This document shows positions 17,608-27,061 of a stretch of DNA of 37,460 bases, piece by piece. Made by a program: the position numbers and the translations under genes. A model generated the notes under the pieces. That model ran no database searches. It worked only from the letters and a program-made list of their open reading frames with translations, and was not told the DNA's origin. The stretch comes from Candidatus Woesearchaeota archaeon (GTDB lineage Archaea > Nanobdellota > Nanobdellia > Woesearchaeales > JAGWAF01): positions 1-37,460 of the forward strand of contig JAFGCE010000057.1 in NCBI GenBank assembly GCA_016932755.1, written 5' to 3'. How positions within the stretch are numbered: the first letter of the stretch is position 1; every line of letters starts with the position of its first letter.

Positions 17608-19025
17608 CCCTTCATGACTTCTAAAGGAACAAGCCTTGCTACAGCTTTTCCTATTCCAACTCCGTCAGAAACCCTCACAACTTCGTCTATGTCCTTGTAA
17701 GCTTCAGGCATTTCCTCTGCAATTCCCTTCCATGAAGCGCCCTTTACTTCTATTCCTTTTGCAGCAAGCTCCTTTACAACCTGTTCTCCTCTTTTTGTCC
17801 TCAAAGCCTCGTGCCTTGACATGACTCTTCCTGCTCCGTGCGCTGTGCTTCCGAAAGAGATCTCTTCAGCTTTTGTAGTGCCGACCAAAACATAAGATGC
17901 TGTTCCCATGCTTCCTGGTATTAAAACAGGCTGCCCGACTTTCCTGTAAAATTCAGGAATCTCCTCCCTTCCAGGACCAAAGCTTCTTGTGGCTCCTTTC
18001 CTGTGTATGCACACTTTTTTCTGCTTTCCGTCAATCTTGTGCTTCTCAAACTTGGCGATATTATGGCAGACTCCGTAAACAAGGTCAACTCCCTCGTCGC
18101 TTCCGAAAACTTCCTTGAAAGCCTCCCTTGTCCAGTGCATAATCATCTGCCTGTTTGCAAAAGCAAAGTTAATTGCTGCGCACATTGCCTTGTAGTAATC
18201 CTGCCCCAAGTCTGAATTGATAGGGGCGTTAATCAGCTCCCTGTCAGGAAGATTCTCAAATCCGTACTTGTTCTCCATCTTCTGTATGTAATCAGAAGCA
18301 ACCTGATGCCCCAAGCCCCTGCTTCCTGTGTGAACCATGACAGTTACCTGCCCTTCTTTTGTTATCCCGAATGTTTTCGCAGTCTCTTTGTCAAAAATCT
18401 TGTCAACTTTCTGGATTTCCACAAAATGGTTTCCTGCCCCCAATGTCCCAAGCTGGGGCATGCCCCTTGCAATAGCCCTGTCAGAAACTTTTGAAGGGTC
18501 TGCATCCTTCATCATCCCGTTTTCCTCAATCCTTTCCAAATCCTGCTTTTTTCCGTAGCCGTTTGCAACAGCCCAGTGCGCGCCTTTTTTCAAAACTTCA
18601 AGCAAAACATCTTTTGAGACTTTTGTCAAGCCGCCTTTGCCTACGCCTGCAGGAACCCTCTTGAAAATCTCGTTCAGGAGCTCGCTCTTTTTTGCCTGGA
18701 AATCATTCACATTCATGCCTGTTTTCATCAGCCTTACGCCGCAGTTGATGTCATAGCCGACACCGCCTGGGGAGATTATTCCCTCATCAATGTCAAATGC
18801 TGCAACACCCCCTATGGGAAAGCCGTAGCCCTGATGCGCATCAGGCATTACATATGCCTGCTTCTGTATCCCTTTCAGGCAGGCAACATTTTTCAGCTGT
18901 TCCAGCGTCTTGTCCTGCTTTATCTGGCTAAGAAGCTTTTCAGAAGCATATACCACTGCAGGGACTTTCATGCCGCCCTGCTTTGGAATCTGCCATGTAA
19001 ATTCATTTATCTTCTTAAGCTCCAT
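17604..19025 (-). CDS. rtcB: RNA-splicing ligase RtcB
   Basis: MPDAHQGYGFPIGG, GYDINCG, GNHFVE, HTGSRG, HRKGAT, PGSMG, HGAGR, EEMPEAYK. Confidence 0.98.
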   Translation of the reverse strand: MELKKINEFTWQIPKQGGMKVPAVVYASEKLLSQIKQDKTLEQLKNVACLKGIQKQAYVMPDAHQGYGFPIGGVAAFDIDEGIISPGGVGYDINCGVRLMKTGMNVNDFQAKKSELLNEIFKRVPAGVGKGGLTKVSKDVLLEVLKKGAHWAVANGYGKKQDLERIEENGMMKDADPSKVSDRAIARGMPQLGTLGAGNHFVEIQKVDKIFDKETAKTFGITKEGQVTVMVHTGSRGLGHQVASDYIQKMENKYGFENLPDRELINAPINSDLGQDYYKAMCAAINFAFANRQMIMHWTREAFKEVFGSDEGVDLVYGVCHNIAKFEKHKIDGKQKKVCIHRKGATRSFGPGREEIPEFYRKVGQPVLIPGSMGTASYVLVGTTKAEEISFGSTAHGAGRVMSRHEALRTKRGEQVVKELAAKGIEVKGASWKGIAEEMPEAYKDIDEVVRVSDGVGIGKAVARLVPLEVMKG

Positions 19026-19064
19026 ATCCAGAAAGATTGCTTAGTTACTTTAAATAGTTTTTGA

Positions 19065-19490
19065 CTAAATGTCAACAACAACCTGCACATACACCGGCTT
19101 TTCGCTTATTTTCATCTCGTTGTACGTCACTGCCTTAACAACAGGCCTGACTGAATATTCTTTCTTTATCCTGTCGCCGATGATTTCGGCAGAAAGCTTC
19201 AGCTTTTTTCCGGTTGTCCCTGTTATTTTTACAGGCCTGACAAATTCATGCGCAACAAACTGCTTTGAGTCCTGCAAAAAAAGAATCTCCTCCAGAAAAG
19301 CATAGAGAAGCTGTTCCATGTCTTTTCCGTGCACTTCTATCTTCTCTATCTTAAGCGCTGCAATCATTTCAGAATCATACATAAGGCTGACCATTGCATA
19401 AGCTGCATTAGCAAAAGCCTGCTCAAAGCTTTTTCCGTATGCCCTGAATTTTGCATCTGCTGTGTGTTCAAGAAATTCAAATTTTTCCAT
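19065..19490 (-). CDS. Archease (RtcB cofactor)
   Basis: FEFLEHTAD, VKAVTY, C-terminal VVDI; adjacent to rtcB. Confidence 0.95.
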   Translation of the reverse strand: MEKFEFLEHTADAKFRAYGKSFEQAFANAAYAMVSLMYDSEMIAALKIEKIEVHGKDMEQLLYAFLEEILFLQDSKQFVAHEFVRPVKITGTTGKKLKLSAEIIGDRIKKEYSVRPVVKAVTYNEMKISEKPVYVQVVVDI

Positions 19491-19491
19491 T

Positions 19492-19992
19492 TTAGTATTG
19501 TTTCAGCAGGCCTGGAATTGCTGCGCCGATTGTGCACGGCATTGAAACTGCTATTACAATCTTAAGTATGTCAAATCCGCCTGCAACTATATTGTTGATG
19601 TCATAGAGGTAAACAAGGCATAGCGGAATAAGGAGGGATACTCCATAGAACGTAAAAAATCTTTTCGCCCAAAACTGGCCAAAACGCCTTTTTCCTCTTT
19701 CAGTTGGCCCTATTCTTGTAAAGCCTACAAAATAAATCTCAAGAGTCAGGATGACAGCAGTAACCGCTACTATCAAAATTAGATGAATTTCCTTCAGGTT
19801 AAGGCTTATATCGATAAGCGAGCCCTTGAACAGGAAGATAAGCCCGAATGTAAGAGATGCAAAAACCGCATTTACAATATCCCTTTTTCCGAAATGGCTT
19901 GGCCTCTTCTCATAAATCTTGTCATAAAGAACTCCTATCTTATTCTCTATTTCCTCTACCTCTTTTTTTATTTTTGCATCTTCCATTTTCAA
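19492..19992 (-). CDS. Multi-pass membrane protein (DUF2391-like)
   Basis: About 4 TM segments; F..RDI..A.F start and C-terminal IGAAIP.LL. Confidence 0.65.
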   Translation of the reverse strand: MKMEDAKIKKEVEEIENKIGVLYDKIYEKRPSHFGKRDIVNAVFASLTFGLIFLFKGSLIDISLNLKEIHLILIVAVTAVILTLEIYFVGFTRIGPTERGKRRFGQFWAKRFFTFYGVSLLIPLCLVYLYDINNIVAGGFDILKIVIAVSMPCTIGAAIPGLLKQY

Positions 19993-20288
19993 TAGTCAAT
20001 TATCTGTATCTGCGGCTTTTTTTCAGTCTCCTCCTTTTCTTTCCCGGATTCAGCTGCAGGTGATGATGAAGTATTTCCGAACATTCCAAAAAGCCCTCCT
20101 GAGACAGGCTCGGATTTTGCTGCTTCAGGCTCTGAAGGTTCTGAACTGCTCTCAAATATGTTGGGGTAATGAACCTTTTCAGGCCTGTTTGTGTAGATTT
20201 CTGAGTCTTCAACAATAGCAGAAAGCATTCTTATTGCTTTTCTTATCTCCTCTTTTGAATCCTCTTTTGTGTCTATTGTGAGTTTCAT
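19989..20288 (-). CDS. Hypothetical protein (short folded N-terminus, disordered acidic linker)
   Basis: 99 aa; TTTATA begins 29 nt upstream; 4-nt overlap with the next gene. Confidence 0.75.
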   Translation of the reverse strand: MKLTIDTKEDSKEEIRKAIRMLSAIVEDSEIYTNRPEKVHYPNIFESSSEPSEPEAAKSEPVSGGLFGMFGNTSSSPAAESGKEKEETEKKPQIQIIDY

Positions 20289-20321
20289 CTAACTAATTCT
20301 GAGAAACAGACTATAAAAACT

Positions 20322-21125
20322 TTACTCAAAAAGCCTTTTATAGTTCATGTAGATGTTGTTTGCTGTGTCCTCTTCTGTAATTTTCTTTATTTCAGCTATT
20401 TTTTTTATTGTTTCAGCCACAAAAGCAGGCTCGTTTATTTTGCCAGGATAAGGGCTGAGGTATGGCGCGTCTGTTTCTGTCAATAGCTGGGAGATATTAA
20501 CCAGTTCAGCCATCATCTGGAAATGCTGAAGCCTTACAATGACAGGAGGAATTGAAAAGTTCCATCCGTTGCCTGCAGCCCTCTGTATCAGCTTCTTGTT
20601 TCCCCCAAAGCAATGAAGAAGTATTTTTTTCGGGCTTATTGATGAAGATTCAAGCATCTCAACGCAGTCAAGCTCTGCTTTTCTTGTGTGGACTATGATT
20701 GGCTTTTTGAGTTTCTCAACCAGCTCAATCACTTTCTGGAAAACATCTTTCATCTCTTCCTGCTTGTCCTTAATCCAGTGATAATCCAGCCCGCATTCGC
20801 CTATTGCAACGCACTTGTCCTTGTTTTTCTTTATAAATTCAAGAACATCCTCAACTTTTGTCTCTTCCACATCCCTTGCAAAGCCTGCAGTTTCATCCCC
20901 TTCAAGCTCTGCTGCCAATGCATCTATAGGATAAAGCCCGAAAGAAGGCTTGACAATATCATTATATTTTTCTGCAATATCAAGGATTATTTTGTTTGTT
21001 TTCAGGTTGACTCCTGAAGTTATTATTGCCTTGACTCCTGCTTTTCTCGCATTTTCAATTACCATGTCAAGGTTTCCCTTGAATTTTGCATGGTCCAGAT
21101 GGCAGTGAACATCAACTAGTATCAT
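20322..21125 (-). CDS. tatD: TatD family hydrolase/nuclease
   Basis: DVHCHL, AIGECGLDY, IVHTRKAE, LHCFGG, LTETDAPYL. Confidence 0.95.
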   Translation of the reverse strand: MILVDVHCHLDHAKFKGNLDMVIENARKAGVKAIITSGVNLKTNKIILDIAEKYNDIVKPSFGLYPIDALAAELEGDETAGFARDVEETKVEDVLEFIKKNKDKCVAIGECGLDYHWIKDKQEEMKDVFQKVIELVEKLKKPIIVHTRKAELDCVEMLESSSISPKKILLHCFGGNKKLIQRAAGNGWNFSIPPVIVRLQHFQMMAELVNISQLLTETDAPYLSPYPGKINEPAFVAETIKKIAEIKKITEEDTANNIYMNYKRLFE

Positions 21126-21146
21126 AAGCTTAAGAGAAAACTAATA

Positions 21147-22478
21147 CTATTTATTATTTTTCAATTCTGGATGGGAATAGTCATAATTCTTTTTGCCTTC
21201 CATAAAAAGCTTTTCAAAAGTCATGTAATACGGAGTTTTCATCATCGCATTCATGAACCTTGACCTTATCTGCCTAATCGCTGCCATCTTTTTTGCAGGC
21301 TTAAGGGATAATATTGTTCCTATGAACTTTCTTAATATAGAATGAGTCAAAAGATCTGGATTATCAAACAGGTAATTCTGGACTTTTCCTGAGTCAATTG
21401 CCTCAAGAAGTATTCTTTCAAAACTATCTTTTGGGACAAATCTCCTTTTTTTCTTTTTTTCCAAAACCCTACTTTTTGTAGGGCAGAACCTTACGCATAC
21501 ACCGCAGCCGATGCACCTACTTGGGATAACACGAGCAAATTTTTTGCCGTTGTGCTCAACCATTTCTATTGCATTAACAGGACATTTTTCTGCGCAGACA
21601 CCGCAACCGATGCAATGCTGGTCGCTATGTTTTGAAACAAAGTTTGTGCTTATGTCTGCCCTATACCCGAATCTTTTGTATGCAAGCAGGGCTTCGCAGC
21701 AGCATCCGCAGCAGTTGCAGATAAAGTTAACCCCCTCCTGGACATTATCACCAAATTGAACCAGTCCAAGGCTAACACATTTATCAAGAATTTTCATTGC
21801 CTTTTTTTTGGTTATTTTTTTGGCAATCTTGTGCCTTGCAAGACTCTCAGCAATCTTGTTAAATGTCAGGCAGACTTCCTGGGGCATATCACACGCTTTG
21901 CCCATATGCTCCATTTTGTGCCTGCAGTAGCATGTCCCGACAGTTATGCAGCTTGCGTTTTCAATTACTTTTGTCGCTCTTTCATAATCAAGCACAATTG
22001 ATTCGTGCTTTGGCTGGACAGATTTTTCCTGGACAAAAACCCTGCCCAAAGAAGGGTCTTGAATAAACAATTTTCTTACAAAATCCTCTTCTACATTCAG
22101 GTATTGGTAGAATAATTCAGACAAAACTTTCCTGTTGAACTTTCCGTCTGTTCTCATCAATGAAAACTCAAAAAATCCAGCCATTGTCGGAGCAAGGAAA
22201 TAAGCCTGTGTCCTTCCGTTTCTAATATCCATCAAGATTCCCTTGTCAGCCAGCTTGTCAAGAATCTTTTTTGACTCTTTTTCCGGTTTTTTCCAAATCT
22301 TTGCAGCATCCTTTGCAGTAAAAAAATTCAATGGAAGCACAGAAGCAAGCTCAGCTTCTTTTTCTGTGAATAAAATTTCAAGAATTTTGAAAAGAGTTTC
22401 AGAAGGAGGTGCGCCTTGCGCAGCCCTGTCAAGCCTTTTTTGCAGGTTAAAATAACTTTTGGATGTTAAATGTGCCAT
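21147..22478 (-). CDS. Large iron-sulfur protein with 2x[4Fe-4S] ferredoxin domain and additional Cys clusters
   Basis: CYCRH..C..C, CNCCGCCC, CIGCGVCAEKCP, CIGCGVCVRFCP; SD GAGGTGA at 22483-22489. Confidence 0.88.
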   Translation of the reverse strand: MAHLTSKSYFNLQKRLDRAAQGAPPSETLFKILEILFTEKEAELASVLPLNFFTAKDAAKIWKKPEKESKKILDKLADKGILMDIRNGRTQAYFLAPTMAGFFEFSLMRTDGKFNRKVLSELFYQYLNVEEDFVRKLFIQDPSLGRVFVQEKSVQPKHESIVLDYERATKVIENASCITVGTCYCRHKMEHMGKACDMPQEVCLTFNKIAESLARHKIAKKITKKKAMKILDKCVSLGLVQFGDNVQEGVNFICNCCGCCCEALLAYKRFGYRADISTNFVSKHSDQHCIGCGVCAEKCPVNAIEMVEHNGKKFARVIPSRCIGCGVCVRFCPTKSRVLEKKKKRRFVPKDSFERILLEAIDSGKVQNYLFDNPDLLTHSILRKFIGTILSLKPAKKMAAIRQIRSRFMNAMMKTPYYMTFEKLFMEGKKNYDYSHPELKNNK

Positions 22479-22511
22479 AGATTCACCTCGTAAAGAAGTA
22501 AATCTAAAAGC

Positions 22512-23519
22512 TCAGGCTTTATTTTTAAATGTTTCCCTTGCAAACGTTGCAGCAACAAGCAGCGGAAAAACCAGTGTTGCGTCTGCAGTCACCTTGACAT
22601 GCATTGCTTCTGGCTTTATTTTTGCCCAGGTTATTGCCTCTTCAGTGTTTCCTCCAGAGTCAGAGCCGTCAAATGATTCTGCAGTGGTTATATAGACTGC
22701 ATAGTCAACTCCGTCCCGGAAAATGTTTGCATTAAGCACATAATGCTTTGAAACACCCCCTCCAAGGGCAATGATCGCAGAATATTCTGCTTCCTGCACC
22801 TGCTTGAGTATGATGTTTGTGTCCTGGGTTACGTCTATCGCAAAATCAGGATGGTTTCTTTTGAAAAAATAAACAAGGTCTCCGAATGAGCCGTCCATGA
22901 TTGCAGGGCATACCACAGGAATATTGTTTTTGTAAGCCCAGTAAAGAACGCTTTCCTCATTGTTTATTGATTTTCCTAGAATCCTTATTATTTCGGAAGA
23001 GCACAAAGGCCTTCCAATCTTTTTCTGCTCTGCATAGATTTCATCAAAAACTTCCTGCATGAACTTCTCAAAATAAGTGTACCTGTCCACAGGCACAAAT
23101 ATGTTGCCTATTCTTGCAACCCCGCTTTCAAACAGTGTCTTTCCCTTGACATCAAAAGCTCCGATGTAGAAAGGATTCAGGCTTTTGACAATATCCTCTT
23201 CAATGCCTCCTGCAGATGTAACCATGAAATGTATGTGCCTGTTTTTCACAAGGAATCTGACAGATTCCCTTAAGCCAGAGCTCATTATGTTTGATGTGCA
23301 GCTCAGGAATATGGCTGCCTTCTTCTTCCTCATCTCATTTACTATGCTGACAGCCCTTCCAAAGTTTGTTGCCTGGAACGCGGTTGTATTATATGAGTCT
23401 ATGAACTTATAAAAATCAAACTCTTTCTCAAAGCCATATCCCTTTACCTCTTCCAGATGGCTCAGGTCTATCTGTTTTGCAACATTGTACGGATAAACAT
23501 TATTTTTTTTTCTTAGCAT
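22512..23519 (-). CDS. dys: Deoxyhypusine synthase
   Basis: TSNIMSSGLRE, AGGIEED, RIGNIFVP, DGSFGD, GGGVSKH, DGSDSG..EAITWAK with the catalytic Lys. Start moved to ATG 23519 (SD GAGGT at 23531-23527). Confidence 0.95.
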   Translation of the reverse strand: MLRKKNNVYPYNVAKQIDLSHLEEVKGYGFEKEFDFYKFIDSYNTTAFQATNFGRAVSIVNEMRKKKAAIFLSCTSNIMSSGLRESVRFLVKNRHIHFMVTSAGGIEEDIVKSLNPFYIGAFDVKGKTLFESGVARIGNIFVPVDRYTYFEKFMQEVFDEIYAEQKKIGRPLCSSEIIRILGKSINNEESVLYWAYKNNIPVVCPAIMDGSFGDLVYFFKRNHPDFAIDVTQDTNIILKQVQEAEYSAIIALGGGVSKHYVLNANIFRDGVDYAVYITTAESFDGSDSGGNTEEAITWAKIKPEAMHVKVTADATLVFPLLVAATFARETFKNKA

Positions 23520-23595
23520 TTTAGCAACCTCACAGTTTTGTATTTTGGGAAACAAAAAAATCAGCAGAGCGGTAAATATCCAAAAATCAGAAATC

Positions 23596-23628
23596 CTATG
23601 GTATCGGCATTCTTACTCCGCAAAACAT
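23596..23628 (-). CDS. Candidate leader peptide MFCGVRMPIP upstream of dys
   Basis: ATG lies 30 nt after the first T of CAAAACC-TTTAAATA (TATA 23658-23651), the spacing seen for many genes here; stop TAG 23598-23596. Confidence 0.4.
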   Translation of the reverse strand: MFCGVRMPIP

Positions 23629-23722
23629 ATTTAAAAGGAACAGAAAGCCATATTTAAAGGTTTTGCATTTAAAACAGAAACTTTTATATACAACAGAGAA
23701 AACCTCCTGAGTGGTGATTTTA

Positions 23723-24133
23723 ATGACTATAATCGCAACAAATTTCACAAAAATAAGCGTTGAAAAATCAGGCGCTGTAAAAGGGAAAGTAAGCATCGCA
23801 AATAATGTTGTAATCAAGGATGTTGTTGTTACTGACATTGCAATAGGCGCATCAAAACAGAATGCTCTTAAGTTCAGTTTTGAGTTCACAGCAAAATACG
23901 AGCCTAAAATAGGCCAGATTGTGCTGAACGGAGACCTTATTTTCCTTGAAAAAGCTGACAAAATTAAAGAGATAGCTGAAAGCTGGAAAAAGAGCAAGAA
24001 TATCCCGAAGGAGGTAATGGCTCCTGTATTGAACAATGTTCTTACAAAGTGCAATGTTGAGGCATTAATCCTGAGCAGGGAAATAAACCTTCCTCCGCCA
24101 ATACAGCTTCCAAAAGTTAATGTCAAGAAATAA
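23723..24133 (+). CDS. Hypothetical protein, SecB-like fold predicted
   Basis: SD GGTGA at 23713-23717. Alternating beta pattern, then helices ending LSREINLPPPIQLPKV, reminiscent of the SecB C-terminal FPPLxLxP segment. Confidence 0.6.
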   Translation: MTIIATNFTKISVEKSGAVKGKVSIANNVVIKDVVVTDIAIGASKQNALKFSFEFTAKYEPKIGQIVLNGDLIFLEKADKIKEIAESWKKSKNIPKEVMAPVLNNVLTKCNVEALILSREINLPPPIQLPKVNVKK

Positions 24134-24205
24134 AGCAGTTTCTTTTTATTTATTGAATCACCATAAATTTTTTAAACTACTTATTATTCGTCTTATGCAG
24201 GTATA

Positions 24206-26716
24206 ATGGCGCAAAAAAAGGAAATAAAGCTGAAGGTTGTGGAAGCAATACAGGATGATGTCAATAAAGGCATAGTCAGAATTGACTCTACAATCATGAA
24301 AGAGGTAGATGCAAGACCCGGCGATATTGTCGAGCTTGAGGGAGAAAGGAAGACAGTCGCTGTTGTTGACAGGGCATACCCTGGGGATATAGGGCTCAAC
24401 ATCATAAGAATGGACGGGCTTACAAGAAGGAATGCAAAAACATCTATCGGAGAGCAGGTAAAAATAAGCAAGTCTGAAGTAAAAGAGGCAGGCAAGGTTA
24501 TAATCGCGCCTGCGACAAAAGGAGTCATGATAAAGGCTTCTCCTTATGTATTCAAAAGGGGTCTTCTTGGGAGAGCTGTGCTGAAGGGGGATATTGTTTC
24601 TATAGGCGGCTCGCAGAAAAGAAGGTCTGCAATGAGCGGAAGCCCTTTTGACGAGATATTCAGCATGCTTGAGGACATGGATGTCAGCGCAGGAGCAGGC
24701 TTTGGCTTTGCTGACATAAAGTTTGTAATTGCAGAAACAACACCAAAAGCGCCGGTCATAATCACGGATGAAACCCAGATTGTGTTCAATCCTGAGGCAG
24801 TTGAGATAAAAGAAGAGGCAGGAGTTCCTGAAGTCGCTTATGAAGATATAGGCGGGCTGGATGAGGAAATAAGGAAGATAAGGGAAATGGTTGAGATTCC
24901 TTTGAAGCACCCTGAGATTTTCCAGAAGCTCGGCATTGAGCCTCCGAAAGGGGTTTTGCTGCACGGACCGCCTGGAACTGGAAAGACGCTAATGGCAAAA
25001 GCTGTAGCAAACGAGACAGGCTCGCATTTTATTGTCATAAATGGCCCTGAAATCATGAGCAAGTTCTACGGCCAGTCTGAAGAGAACCTGAGGAAAATAT
25101 TTGAAGAAGCTGAGAAAAGCGCTCCTTCAATTGTTTTTATTGATGAAATTGATGCTATTGCAACAAAAAGGGAGGAGACAAAAGGAGAGGTTGAGAGAAG
25201 GGTTGTAGCCCAGCTTCTTGCGCTTATGGACGGGCTGAAGTCAAGAGGAAAGGTTGTTGTCATTGCAGCAACAAATGTCCCGAACATACTTGACCCTGCA
25301 TTAAGGAGGCCTGGAAGATTCGACAGGGAGCTTGAGATTGGGGTGCCTGGAAAAGAGGGAAGGCTGAATATTTTGAAAATCCATACAAGAAACATGGCAC
25401 TTTACAGGGAGGAAAGGGCGCTGAATGAGATGAAGGATGTTCCTGAAAAATACAAAAAAGCTGTCTATGAGCTTTTGAAATCAAATGCAAAAGGAAAGAC
25501 TGTTGAGGAAAGGATAAGCAGGTATCTGCAGCAGAGCCCTGAAAAGACAGAATTGTTTGACAAGATTGACTCAAAGAAAATAAAGGAGTATCTTGACAAA
25601 TTAAAGAGAGACCCGAAGATTGTCAACCTGAACGAGCTTTCAAACATAACTTACGGGTTTGTTGGAGCAGACCTTTCAGCGCTTGCAAGAGAGGCTGCAA
25701 TGGTTGTCCTGAGAAGAGTGCTGCCTGACTTAAGATTTGCAAAAAAGACAGAAAATGAAAGCCTGCCTGAGGAAATACTTGAAAAGCTGTATGTAACACA
25801 GGAGGATTTCAGGGAAGCTTTGAGGGTTGTAAGGCCTTCTGCGCTCAGGGAAGTGCTTGTTGAAGTCCCTAACGTGAAATGGACAAGCATAGGCGGGCTT
25901 GAGGAAGTCAAACAGGAACTGAAAGAGGCTGTTGAGTGGCCTTTGAAAAACCCGCAGGCTTTCAGCAGGATGGGAGTCAAGCCTCCCAAGGGAATCCTTC
26001 TTTACGGAGCTCCTGGAACAGGAAAGACGCTGCTTGCAAAAGCTATTGCAACTGAATCTGAAGCAAACTTCATACTTGTAAAAGGCCCTGAGCTGCTTTC
26101 GAAGTGGGTCGGCGAAAGCGAGAAGGCGGTAAGGGAAGTCTTCAAGAAAGCAAGGCAGACAGCGCCTACAATAATCTGCTTTGATGAGATTGACAGCATG
26201 GCCCCCAGAAGGGGAATGCAGACAGGAAGCCATGTGACAGAGACTGTTGTCAACCAGCTTCTTACTGAAATGGACGGGCTGGAGGAGCTAAATGAGGTTG
26301 TTGTAATTGCAACCACAAACAGGCCTGATATGATTGACACAGCATTGCTGAGGCCAGGAAGGTTTGACAGGATTATACTTGCCCCTGTTCCTGATTTGAA
26401 AACAAGGGAGGAAATATTCAGGCTTCATACGAAAGGAATGCCTCTCAAAAATGTAAAAGTTGAGGAGCTTGCTGCAAAGACTGAAGGGTATGTCGGAGCT
26501 GATATTGAGGCTGTGTGCAGGGAGGCTGCAATGCTTGCCCTGAGAAAAGACATCAAGGCATCAGTCGTTACAATGAAGGATTTTGAGGCTGCTCTCGGTG
26601 TTGTAAGGCCTTCTGCAACAAAAGATATTGAAAAGGAATACAAGGATTTGAAAGACCAGTTCACAGCAGCAAGGGCAAAGGAAATGAGAGAGGACAAGCC
26701 TGCTTATTTCGGCTGA
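24206..26716 (+). CDS. cdc48: CDC48/VAT family AAA+ ATPase
   Basis: N-domain; D1 [26 protein letters not shown]2 [23 protein letters not shown]. Confidence 0.97.
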   Translation: MAQKKEIKLKVVEAIQDDVNKGIVRIDSTIMKEVDARPGDIVELEGERKTVAVVDRAYPGDIGLNIIRMDGLTRRNAKTSIGEQVKISKSEVKEAGKVIIAPATKGVMIKASPYVFKRGLLGRAVLKGDIVSIGGSQKRRSAMSGSPFDEIFSMLEDMDVSAGAGFGFADIKFVIAETTPKAPVIITDETQIVFNPEAVEIKEEAGVPEVAYEDIGGLDEEIRKIREMVEIPLKHPEIFQKLGIEPPKGVLLHGPPGTGKTLMAKAVANETGSHFIVINGPEIMSKFYGQSEENLRKIFEEAEKSAPSIVFIDEIDAIATKREETKGEVERRVVAQLLALMDGLKSRGKVVVIAATNVPNILDPALRRPGRFDRELEIGVPGKEGRLNILKIHTRNMALYREERALNEMKDVPEKYKKAVYELLKSNAKGKTVEERISRYLQQSPEKTELFDKIDSKKIKEYLDKLKRDPKIVNLNELSNITYGFVGADLSALAREAAMVVLRRVLPDLRFAKKTENESLPEEILEKLYVTQEDFREALRVVRPSALREVLVEVPNVKWTSIGGLEEVKQELKEAVEWPLKNPQAFSRMGVKPPKGILLYGAPGTGKTLLAKAIATESEANFILVKGPELLSKWVGESEKAVREVFKKARQTAPTIICFDEIDSMAPRRGMQTGSHVTETVVNQLLTEMDGLEELNEVVVIATTNRPDMIDTALLRPGRFDRIILAPVPDLKTREEIFRLHTKGMPLKNVKVEELAAKTEGYVGADIEAVCREAAMLALRKDIKASVVTMKDFEAALGVVRPSATKDIEKEYKDLKDQFTAARAKEMREDKPAYFG

Positions 26717-26774
26717 TCACATATAATTCTATTTGATAGAAAAGTTTATAATAAATTAGTATTAAGCAGATTCC

Positions 26775-27056
26775 ATGGCAAGCAAGGTTCATGCAAAGCA
26801 TATACTTGTGAAAACAGAGGATGAAGCTAGGGTAATCCAGTTTGACCTTAGCAGGGGAAAATTATTTGAGGATGTTGCAAAAGAAAAATCATTATGCCCT
26901 TCTGGCAAGAAAGGAGGGGATTTAGGATGGTTCGGAAGGGGAATGATGGTAAAAGAGTTTGAGGGCGCTGCTTTCTCGCTGAAGAAAGGAGATATTTCAA
27001 AACCTGTAAAAACAAGGTTTGGATGGCACATAATAAAAGCTGAGGACATCAAATAG
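26775..27056 (+). CDS. ppiC: Parvulin-type peptidyl-prolyl isomerase
   Basis: HAKHILV, S.CPSGKKGGDLGWF, MVKEFE.AAF, PVKTRFGWHII. Confidence 0.94.
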   Translation: MASKVHAKHILVKTEDEARVIQFDLSRGKLFEDVAKEKSLCPSGKKGGDLGWFGRGMMVKEFEGAAFSLKKGDISKPVKTRFGWHIIKAEDIK

Positions 27057-27061
27057 CTAAA

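Noticed and set aside
23520..23555. TTG start at 23555 for dys
   Set aside because: ATG 23519 has a properly spaced GAGGT SD; the TTG lies in a T-tract with no RBS.
23629..24126. 176-aa - strand ORF 23596..24126
   Set aside because: Shadow of the SecB-like gene; only its last 10 codons are kept as the candidate leader peptide.
24158..24964. 268-aa - strand ORF
   Set aside because: Antisense to cdc48 with no recognisable motifs.
25403..25621. Intein in Cdc48
   Set aside because: Too short and lacks an N-terminal Cys/Ser and terminal His-Asn; no inteins seen in rtcB or cdc6 either.
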